Source: an uncultured Bacillales bacterium (GTDB taxonomy: Bacteria > Bacillota_I > Bacilli_A > RFN20 > CAG-826). From it: 34,250 bases of DNA. A program made the position numbers and the translations under genes. Under the pieces are notes generated by a model. It was given only the letters and a program-made list of their open reading frames with translations, did not search any database and was not told where the DNA came from. Shown here one piece after another: positions 16,296 through 23,768 of the stretch (positions are counted from its first letter, which is position 1; the number at the start of each line of letters is the position of its first letter). The stretch spans positions 1-34,250 of the forward strand of contig CAMIVH010000002.1 of NCBI GenBank assembly GCA_946401755.1, written 5' to 3'.

Positions 16296-19247
16296 ATGAG
16301 TAAAAAATTGAAACACGTTATTTTGCCTGCAGTAGCGATTGGTTTGCTAGTTGTAGGAACAAACGGCTTGAAAGAAGTGGCATACTCTGGCACATATGCT
16401 GAAGCGCCAGCCTTTTATTCGCCGATATCACCCGTTAAACTCGGGGGCAATCTTTACGACGAGGTGCATTTGAGCAGCCCTTATCAAGATCTAAAACCAA
16501 GTTTTACTTTCTTGGTTCATGGAATTGGCGGTGGCCCTAACAATTGGTCTAACGGTTTATATTATGATTGCAATGCCGCCACAACTGCTGGTACAGGCTC
16601 TTTTGAAAGAAACACCAAATCTTTGGTATATAAAATCACAAATCAAAACGATGCAGCTGTGTATATAGCTAAATATGAAAACAATAAACACTTTAGCTTC
16701 TATCGCTATGATGAAAAATTAGTGAACGGCACAATCAGTTACGTGGAACAAGAAAGCATGAGGAACTATCTTAGTGAAACAAAAAAGCACAATGTGATTA
16801 TCTATCAATCTGATAATGGCGTTCAGTCTCTTGAAAATGAATTTGATCACTTTGAACATATTGTCAATACAATTTGTTTTGACTACAAGAAACTCCATGG
16901 CTTTGTACCAAAAATTAATTTAGTTGGTCATTCTAGAGGCGGTCTAGTTATTCAAAAATATGTCAATAAATACCCATATAACGTTAGCAATTTCTATAAC
17001 ATTGCTTCACCATATACTGGTTCAAGTCCTCTAGAATTAGCGGAAGCAATTAAAGGTCAATTTGGTGATGTTTTTAAAGAAGAGGAAGAAGAAGATGAAA
17101 GCTTCAGCGATCCTGCCTATCAAGACCTTTTAAACCAAGACTTGTTAGATGATTTGAAAGATGACTGGAATAGTCTCAAAGTTGGCGCAAACCCTCTCTC
17201 ATTAAGAGGAAAAGCCTTTGCTGGTGTTATGACCTTACCATACCTCAAAGAAATTATCATAAGCGCTTGCAAAACTTATTCAATACCAGTGAATGATGAA
17301 ATCATTAGCATTTTAACTGGTTTATTGGATGAAATTGACACACTTTGCAAAACAAATAATGGTAGTTCGAATTATAACATTAACATGCTTTTGAACTACA
17401 GAGATTATACTAATGCCCGTATTGAACTCAGCCAAGCAACGAAGAAACAAATCAGCAGTAAGATTTACTCGGCTGTTAGCAATTATGTTGACAAAATGGT
17501 TGATGAGGAAATTGCTAAATATACAGACGTTCCTTTATTCCGTTGGCTCGGCAAATACTTTTATGCGTATCCATTCATAGTGGATTCAAAATTAGCTTTC
17601 TTTAAAAACACAGTAATACCATTCCTTGTTGATTCGATTGTTTCTTTCGATGGAAAATGTGGCATTTTCGAAGGTGATGGTTTAGTTGGTTTGGACTCTC
17701 AATGGTGTGAAGGCTTTGTTGATTTTGATACATATGTAAAAGTTTATGATTCTAGTTATATCGAAACAAGCATCATAACGCCAACGGCAGGAGGTCCTCT
17801 TGTTGGCCATAATTTAGAGACATTTGATAACGACATAACAAACGAAATCGTTGGATCTGCTAAATTTCCAAACTTTGATGAGTTACATCACAACATCATC
17901 ATAGGGGATTCTGAAGGACATAAAACTTTAAGCCCAGGTGAAGCTATGAATCAGACAATTCCACAAACAGTTAAATTGCTTGAAATCGTTGGTGATAAAA
18001 ATACAACTTATAAATTCAACCCTCACATAACAATTAGTGATAGAACAACTCCTCTAGCTATTCGCCTTGTGAACTATGTGACAACAATTAGTGGAAATTC
18101 TGACAATGCAGCATATCCTTTCATTGAATATCTAGGAACTAGAAATTTCGACTTAACCATTGAATATAGTGGAACAAACTCTTTCACATATAACTCAAGC
18201 TTTGGCAGAGCGTCGAATGCTACAAAAGCACCAATTATCGATTGTGATAAAGCAGATGTAAAGTTTGAACAAATGACAGAACCAGATAAACTTACTCTAG
18301 TGGCAGCGAATGGTGCAAATGGTGTTTTCCGCTCCGAATTTGATAAAGCCGCAGCAACAACTGTTGACAGCAACAGAAATGGCGCTGCTGGCGCAAACGG
18401 AACAAATGGTGCTAGTGGCGCTGCTGGTAGTGACTGTATTGAATGTTGGGAATTAGACCTTAGACTCGCCCGTAACCTTAAGCTTCAAGGTGGCAATGGT
18501 GGCAACGGTAGCCGTGGCGGTCATGGTGGCAACGGCGCTGGCGGTAAGAGCAAAGATATGGGCTTTAAAGGTGGCAACGGCGGTAACGGTGGCAACGGCG
18601 GCAACGGCGGACGCGGTGGCGATGGCGGTTTAGCGTTTGATTGCGCGATTGTTACTATGGAAAATACAGATTATCAAGTGAACAATATTGAATTATATCC
18701 AGGCAAACCAGGCAATGGTGGCCAAGGTGGCAATGGTGGCAACGGCGGTCATGGTGCAAATGGTTCATCATTCTTTGGCAACAATCATAATGGTGGCAAT
18801 GGTGGCAATGGTGGCTTGATTGGTAGAGGTGGAGATTGCGGCTATTCTCGCTTTGATGGCTCTGACCAATTTGACTTGTACTACACCAACTACGAAAAAT
18901 ATGTAGAAATGGATAGAAAATGTGCCAATTATTTATCTGGTACTGGTGGCAAATGCGGCAGCAGATATGGTAATGGTGGTAATGCTGGTAGAAGAAGTGG
19001 TTTGAAATCACAAACCGCTGCCCGTGTAAATGGTGATGGTGAAGTCGGAAAAGCTGTAACCGGCTATGATCAACTTAATGGTCTATATGGTTCTTTAGTA
19101 ACAACTCTTAAGCAAACCATTAATGGTGTTGATCATTTCTCCCCTAATGGTTATGGCAGAGACAATAGGGGCATGACGACCTATTCTTTCGATGGTCCAT
19201 CCTATTACGGTACTCTAGGCCAACTAAAGTACAACTACGTCAAGTAG
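16296..19247 (+). CDS. secreted or anchored lipase-like alpha/beta hydrolase with a large insertion and a C-terminal glycine-rich (GGN)n motif array
   Basis: Signal/anchor sequence at the N-terminus. Oxyanion motif FLVHGIGGG. Nucleophile elbow GHSRGG (Ser213, nt 16932-16934). Asp motif GDGLVGLDSQ (Asp461). His motif VGHNLE (His505). Six Gly-rich blocks span aa 695-902. Strong RBS (caggagg). Confidence 0.8.
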   Translation: MSKKLKHVILPAVAIGLLVVGTNGLKEVAYSGTYAEAPAFYSPISPVKLGGNLYDEVHLSSPYQDLKPSFTFLVHGIGGGPNNWSNGLYYDCNAATTAGTGSFERNTKSLVYKITNQNDAAVYIAKYENNKHFSFYRYDEKLVNGTISYVEQESMRNYLSETKKHNVIIYQSDNGVQSLENEFDHFEHIVNTICFDYKKLHGFVPKINLVGHSRGGLVIQKYVNKYPYNVSNFYNIASPYTGSSPLELAEAIKGQFGDVFKEEEEEDESFSDPAYQDLLNQDLLDDLKDDWNSLKVGANPLSLRGKAFAGVMTLPYLKEIIISACKTYSIPVNDEIISILTGLLDEIDTLCKTNNGSSNYNINMLLNYRDYTNARIELSQATKKQISSKIYSAVSNYVDKMVDEEIAKYTDVPLFRWLGKYFYAYPFIVDSKLAFFKNTVIPFLVDSIVSFDGKCGIFEGDGLVGLDSQWCEGFVDFDTYVKVYDSSYIETSIITPTAGGPLVGHNLETFDNDITNEIVGSAKFPNFDELHHNIIIGDSEGHKTLSPGEAMNQTIPQTVKLLEIVGDKNTTYKFNPHITISDRTTPLAIRLVNYVTTISGNSDNAAYPFIEYLGTRNFDLTIEYSGTNSFTYNSSFGRASNATKAPIIDCDKADVKFEQMTEPDKLTLVAANGANGVFRSEFDKAAATTVDSNRNGAAGANGTNGASGAAGSDCIECWELDLRLARNLKLQGGNGGNGSRGGHGGNGAGGKSKDMGFKGGNGGNGGNGGNGGRGGDGGLAFDCAIVTMENTDYQVNNIELYPGKPGNGGQGGNGGNGGHGANGSSFFGNNHNGGNGGNGGLIGRGGDCGYSRFDGSDQFDLYYTNYEKYVEMDRKCANYLSGTGGKCGSRYGNGGNAGRRSGLKSQTAARVNGDGEVGKAVTGYDQLNGLYGSLVTTLKQTINGVDHFSPNGYGRDNRGMTTYSFDGPSYYGTLGQLKYNYVK
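18378..19001 (+). repeat. coding array of six glycine-rich blocks with 3-residue periodicity (GGN/GGX triplets); locally GC-rich
   Basis: The blocks are NGAAGANGTNGASGAAGS, GGNGGNGSRGGHGGNGAGGKS, GGNGGNGGNGGNGGRGGDGG, GKPGNGGQGGNGGNGGHGANG, NGGNGGNGGLIGRGGDCG and GGKCGSRYGNGGNAG. Non-Gly spacers that contain Cys separate them. The DNA is degenerate ggtggcaayggy repeats. Confidence 0.85.
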
Positions 19248-19259
19248 AAAAAGCTGATC

Positions 19260-19291
19260 AAGAGGATGCACGATTGTGTGTCCTCTTTTTA
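19260..19291 (+). terminator. intrinsic terminator of the 983-aa gene
   Basis: Stem aagagga (19260-19266) / tcctctt (19281-19287), then ttttt. Confidence 0.8.
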
Positions 19292-19312
19292 TTGTCTTTA
19301 TTTACAAATAAA

Positions 19313-19601
19313 ATATCGTGCTATCATTCTTGTTATTATGAAAGTCAAATTAATCAAACTCACAAAAGAATACAAAAAACAACTAGGGGAAATGATTGAT
19401 GAATGGAAATTAGATCAACAAGTCAATCACACCGATGACTCACCTTGGGTAATCTTTAAAAACGATTATCATGATTTTGATTATTATCTAGAACATTTAG
19501 AAACTAAAGATACTTCACAAGGTTTTGTTCCTGATTCTGTCTTCTTCTTATTAGACGAAGAAAGAAATAGATTATTAGGGGCAGTTAATATTCGTCATTA
19601 G
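19313..19601 (+). repeat. direct repeat, copy 1 (GNAT 5' region plus about 25 nt upstream)
   Basis: Matches 23218-23506. The first 35 nt of the coding part are identical, and the upstream gtgctat block is shared. Confidence 0.85.
19338..19601 (+). pseudogene. truncated GNAT acetyltransferase copy (N-terminal 87 codons only)
   Basis: 218 of 264 nt are identical to the 5' part of the intact GNAT at 23243 in a manual ungapped alignment. It ends at a TAG where the intact copy has TAC (Tyr). The acetyl-CoA-binding half is missing. Confidence 0.8.
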
Positions 19602-19604
19602 CTA

Positions 19605-19641
19605 AAAATAGGTCAATACAAGCGTGTTGACCTTTTATTTT
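19605..19641 (+). repeat. hairpin family A, copy 2
   Basis: See 15551-15587. It begins within a few nt of the point where homology between the two GNAT copies ends. Confidence 0.7.
19610..19640 (+). terminator. intrinsic terminator at the GNAT truncation point (hairpin family A, copy 2)
   Basis: Stem aggtcaa (19610-19616) / ttgacct (19627-19633), then a T-run. This sequence is related to the tRNA-Ser terminator. Confidence 0.75.
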
Positions 19642-19725
19642 TTCTTGAATTAATCGAATATTGTATAGACGTGCATATGCGTTGAGACTATAATTCATAA
19701 TGGTGTAAAAACCAAGGAGCCGTGT

Positions 19726-22700
19726 ATGCTTTCTGTTAAAAACTTGACTAAAATCTATAAAATCAAAGGTGGCAATGACACAGTCGCTTTGGACGATGTT
19801 TCTGTTGATTTTCCTGAAACCGGAATGGTGTTTTTGCTTGGTAAATCAGGTAGTGGTAAATCTACATTATTAAACCTTATTGGTGGTCTTGATTTTCCAA
19901 CTTCTGGTGAAATTATCTTAAAAGGCAGAAGCAGCAAAGACTTTTCACAAAGTGATTTTGATAGTTACCGTAATACTTATATCGGCTTTGTTTTCCAAGA
20001 ATATAACATTCTTAATGAGTTCAACGTTGAACAAAACATTGCTTTAGCAATGGAATTACAAGGCAAGAAATCAACAAAAGAAGAAGTTAATAAATTATTA
20101 GAGCAAGTTGACATTGCGGGATATGGTAAAAGAAAACCTAATACTTTATCTGGTGGTCAAAAGCAAAGAATTGCTATTGCTAGAGCATTAATCAAAGAGC
20201 CAAATATCATTATGGCGGACGAACCTACTGGTGCTTTAGACAGCAAAACTGGCGAACAAGTATTTGATACATTAAAGAAATTATCTAAAGATAAATTGAT
20301 TATTGTTGTCTCACACGACAAAGATTTCGCTAAAAGATATGGTGACCGTATCATTGAACTAAAAGATGGTAAGATCATTTCTGATAGAACTAAACACTAT
20401 TTAGAAGCTACAACTATTAGTGATAATGTCTCAATCATTAACGATAACGCTATTAGAATTAACGAAGCGAACAAACTAACTAAGAAAGAATTTGATGAGT
20501 TATATAAAGTAATTAAAAACTCTGAAGGAAAAGTGTTCATCAGCAGTGGTGAAAACGCCGACAAATCAATGAAAGCAGCGCGCATTTCTGATGATGGTAG
20601 AAGTGAAACCTTCAAACAAACAGAAAGTATTATTTTAAAGGATTATGATGCCTCTAAAACAACATTTATTCGTTCTAAGATGCCAATGAATAAGTCCATT
20701 AAAATGGGCTTAAGCGGTCTTAAAAGCAAACCAATTCGTTTATTTTTCACCATCTTATTATCAGTTGTCTCTTTTACAATGTTTGGTGTGAGTGCTGCTT
20801 TAATGTTTTATGACACTAATCATACATATAGCGAAGCTTTAAAGCACACAGATTATCAAGCAGAGGTATTAGAAAAACAATCGTTGGGCAAACAGTACTA
20901 TCCTGTTTATAACTCTAAAGATCAGATAATGAGAGTTGAATCATCCCCATCTTCCCAAGAGGTCTATTTTGGAGAAAAAGAATTAGAGCAACTCAATAAA
21001 AACAATCTTGGCCTTGTCTATATTCCAGTCGCTCCATTAACTGATGGTCATAAAAGTTTGGATTTTTCCGACGTCACTATAACTCGCGATGAAGACTATT
21101 ATAAAAGACTTGGTATTCGTTATATTTCCAACGCTACAGAAGAGCAGTTTAATAAACTTGGTTACGATTTGGTTGGCCATTTCCCTCAAAATGAAAATGA
21201 TATTTTGTTACCCAAGTCATATGGCGATATGCTCATAGGTTCAAGAGCAAGAAATAAGAGCAATTACACTGAATTAGTAAATACCACAATAAGTATTAGT
21301 GGTACCTTTGGTAGTCAAACAGAGCTTAATATAAGTGGCTTTTTTGACGCTGGAAATATACCAAGTAAATATGATGCTTTTAAAGATAATAGTGAACCAA
21401 TGTCTTACAAAGAGCGTGATGAATTAGATAGATCGCTAGATGCATATCTTAGTAACAGTTTTAATGGTGTCGCTTTTGTTGGAGAAAGCTTTTATGAGCA
21501 ATATGCTGCTAAGATTTCTTATCAAATTCGCGATACATTCTATCGTAATTTAAAAATAGAAACGACATATTATGATGAACCTGATAACGATTCCGATACC
21601 ATTAGACCATTTTTCACCGAATTAACAGTTAAAGAAAATCCTAAATTAATAGAAGTTTATAATCTAAATGATGAGATGATTGATAGAGATTCTTTCACTA
21701 TTAATGAAAACGAAGTATATTTACCCGTTAGAGAATTTAGAAGTGTCGCAAAAGCTTTAGAACAAAGCCTATTTAATTCAGTCTTTGAAGTATATTACAA
21801 AGTTAGGAATAGAAGTTATGGCAGCAATGATAGGATTGTTTCCTATCTTCCAAACTTTGCTGATTATTTACATAAAAAGGCCTTTGAATTTCAAAATGAA
21901 ATGCATAACTACTCGAGCGCTGTTCCATCGAAAATGAAAGACATAATAAAGCAACACAGCGATGAACTTGATCGCGCTTACATTCTCAATGAATTCATCG
22001 ATGAATATAAGAATACTGATAATTATTCATCATTACCAAAAGCCGATGCTAATCTCATTGATAAATGCGCAAAGCAAAACGGTCAATATTTTATGACTGA
22101 AGAAGAACTTAATAATGCCTATGGCATTTTAGTTGATAATTTCGATAAAGAAGATGCTTGCCGATATTACTTCCCATATAAATATATAGTGTCCTTAAGT
22201 CATCTTTATCATACTGAAATGGTTAATGAGGGTATTTCAGATATCGCCTATTATTCTAGTTATAAAAATATGAGTGATGAAGATGCACAGAAAGCTATTA
22301 ACTTTATTGACAGATATGGTCCTAAATACGTTAGTGAATACAAGGATTGGAGAAGATGCAATAATGGCTATACATTAAAAGATTATCACTTTTTTAATGA
22401 TTCTGTTTATGAAGCAGATGAAGCCGTCTGTTATTTCTACAGTAAAAATGCTGGCAATGGCGAGCTTAAAGTCAAAGGCTACTACATCGCAGAATCCTCA
22501 GCTTGCCCTCTTGTTAGTAGTGAGTTTTTAGCCAAGGCTGGAGTTATTGAAAATCGTGCTATTGAGGCATACTACGAAACAAGTTACGTCGCTCCTAAAG
22601 ACGCCAAATATATACGCTTAATGGTGAAAAGCAATTTTTCAAAAGAGCAAATTGATTGTATGCTTAGAACTAATTCTAATGATTACCGCTATTCTCTAAC

Positions 22701-23148
22701 TAGCGACTGCTATATGTCCGTATCTTTCGTAGCGGAGATGGCAAAAGGGTTTAGACAAGTCTTTTTATGGATTGGCGTTGGATTTGGTGTTTTCTCCGCT
22801 TTAATGCTTCTTAACTTTATTACAGTATCTATTTCTTCAAAGAAGAAAGATATTGGCATATTAAGAGCAATTGGTGCAAGAAAAAGCGATGTCTTTAAGA
22901 TATTTTTTGCAGAATCGTTATTTATCGCTACCCTCTGTTCCGTATTAGCAATAATATCCGCGCAAGTAGTTGATTTCTTCCTTGACCGCTATTTCGTTAG
23001 TGAAGCGGGAGTATCAATTATCCGATTTAACATCTTAACAGTGGTCTTTATTGTTGCTATCGCGTTAGTAATCGCCCTTGTTGCAACGATTATTCCAGTT
23101 ATACATTCTTCTAAGAAACCACCAGTTGAGTCGATAAGATCCTTATAA
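19726..23148 (+). CDS. MacB-type fused ABC protein: N-terminal ATPase, one TM helix, extracytoplasmic domain of about 650 aa, C-terminal three-TM FtsX module
   Basis: Walker A GKSGSGKST, Q-loop FQEY, signature LSGGQKQRIAIARAL, Walker B IIMADEPTGALD, H-loop VSHD. TM1 at about aa 338-362. FtsX-type loop ILRAIGARKSDVFKIF and three TM helices from about aa 1012. RBS aaggag. Confidence 0.9.
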   Translation: MLSVKNLTKIYKIKGGNDTVALDDVSVDFPETGMVFLLGKSGSGKSTLLNLIGGLDFPTSGEIILKGRSSKDFSQSDFDSYRNTYIGFVFQEYNILNEFNVEQNIALAMELQGKKSTKEEVNKLLEQVDIAGYGKRKPNTLSGGQKQRIAIARALIKEPNIIMADEPTGALDSKTGEQVFDTLKKLSKDKLIIVVSHDKDFAKRYGDRIIELKDGKIISDRTKHYLEATTISDNVSIINDNAIRINEANKLTKKEFDELYKVIKNSEGKVFISSGENADKSMKAARISDDGRSETFKQTESIILKDYDASKTTFIRSKMPMNKSIKMGLSGLKSKPIRLFFTILLSVVSFTMFGVSAALMFYDTNHTYSEALKHTDYQAEVLEKQSLGKQYYPVYNSKDQIMRVESSPSSQEVYFGEKELEQLNKNNLGLVYIPVAPLTDGHKSLDFSDVTITRDEDYYKRLGIRYISNATEEQFNKLGYDLVGHFPQNENDILLPKSYGDMLIGSRARNKSNYTELVNTTISISGTFGSQTELNISGFFDAGNIPSKYDAFKDNSEPMSYKERDELDRSLDAYLSNSFNGVAFVGESFYEQYAAKISYQIRDTFYRNLKIETTYYDEPDNDSDTIRPFFTELTVKENPKLIEVYNLNDEMIDRDSFTINENEVYLPVREFRSVAKALEQSLFNSVFEVYYKVRNRSYGSNDRIVSYLPNFADYLHKKAFEFQNEMHNYSSAVPSKMKDIIKQHSDELDRAYILNEFIDEYKNTDNYSSLPKADANLIDKCAKQNGQYFMTEEELNNAYGILVDNFDKEDACRYYFPYKYIVSLSHLYHTEMVNEGISDIAYYSSYKNMSDEDAQKAINFIDRYGPKYVSEYKDWRRCNNGYTLKDYHFFNDSVYEADEAVCYFYSKNAGNGELKVKGYYIAESSACPLVSSEFLAKAGVIENRAIEAYYETSYVAPKDAKYIRLMVKSNFSKEQIDCMLRTNSNDYRYSLTSDCYMSVSFVAEMAKGFRQVFLWIGVGFGVFSALMLLNFITVSISSKKKDIGILRAIGARKSDVFKIFFAESLFIATLCSVLAIISAQVVDFFLDRYFVSEAGVSIIRFNILTVVFIVAIALVIALVATIIPVIHSSKKPPVESIRSL

Positions 23149-23159
23149 AAACCGAATTA

Positions 23160-23190
23160 GGGAATAGCAAACAGCTGTTCCCTTTTTGTT
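23160..23190 (+). terminator. intrinsic terminator of the ABC gene
   Basis: Stem gggaa-t-agc / gct-g-ttccc, loop aaaca, then ttttt. Confidence 0.8.
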
Positions 23191-23217
23191 AGGCTATCTT
23201 TTTCTTTCCTTTATTCT

Positions 23218-23506
23218 ATAAAGTGCTATTATAGTGGCTATTATGAAAGTCAAATTAATCAAACTCACAAAAGAATATGAAAAACAACTCGGTGAAATGA
23301 TTGATGAATGGAAACTTGACCAAGAAGTCAATCATACTGATACGTCTCCTTATGTTATTTTTAAGAATGACTATCATGATTTTGACTATTATTTGAATAA
23401 CTTAGAAACTAAAGAACCAACAAATGGTTTTGTTCCAGATTCAGTGTTCTTCCTTCTTGATGAAAAAAGAAATAGATTATTAGGGGCAGTTAACATCCGT
23501 CATTAC
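23218..23506 (+). repeat. direct repeat, copy 2 (5' part of the intact GNAT gene)
   Basis: Matches 19313-19601. Confidence 0.85.
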
Positions 23507-23767
23507 TTAAATGAACACTTACTAAACTATGGTGGTCATATTGGTGATGGTGTTAGACCTAGTGAAAGAAGAAAAGGGTACGCTACTGAGATGATTCGAT
23601 TAGCGTTATTAGAATGCAAGAAGCTCGGTATTGATAGAGTGTTAATCTGCTGTAATTCTTCTAACATCGGTTCAAGAAAATCAATCCTCAATAATGGTGG
23701 TGTTCTTGAAAACATCGTCATGGATGATGGCGAACCAATGGAAAGATATTGGATTGATATAAAGTAA
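23243..23767 (+). CDS. GNAT-family N-acetyltransferase
   Basis: Start set at the ATG of MKVKLIKL, shared with the truncated copy; the track's GTG start at 23234 is less likely. The acetyl-CoA motif region is RPSERRKGYATEMIRLALLECKKLGI. Confidence 0.85.
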   Translation: MKVKLIKLTKEYEKQLGEMIDEWKLDQEVNHTDTSPYVIFKNDYHDFDYYLNNLETKEPTNGFVPDSVFFLLDEKRNRLLGAVNIRHYLNEHLLNYGGHIGDGVRPSERRKGYATEMIRLALLECKKLGIDRVLICCNSSNIGSRKSILNNGGVLENIVMDDGEPMERYWIDIK

Positions 23768-23768
23768 T

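Noticed and set aside
18378-19001. Repetitive DNA that might be taken for a CRISPR array or a non-coding tandem repeat.
   Set aside because: The repeats are degenerate 9-18 nt units lying in frame inside a long ORF and encoding Gly-Gly-Asn. There is no repeat-spacer architecture, no leader and no cas genes.
18074-19011. Minus-strand ORFs 18074-18373 and 18655-19011 (the latter His/Cys-rich).
   Set aside because: They are antisense shadows of the 983-aa gene. The His-rich one is the complement of the GGN-coding ggtggcaat repeats.
19266-19337. N-terminal extension of the truncated GNAT ORF (track start at 19266, MHDCVSS...).
   Set aside because: The extension runs through the terminator hairpin of the 983-aa gene and has no counterpart in the intact GNAT copy. 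The shared start is the ATG at 19338.
19672-19681. tGCATATGCg palindrome upstream of the MacB-type ABC gene, sharing the ATATGCG half-site with the tetR-region dyad (3953-3975). This could mean a common TetR operator.
   Set aside because: A shared 7-mer in 34 kb on two strands is within chance expectation, and the spacing differs (overlapping half-sites versus N9). The evidence is too weak without binding or conservation data.
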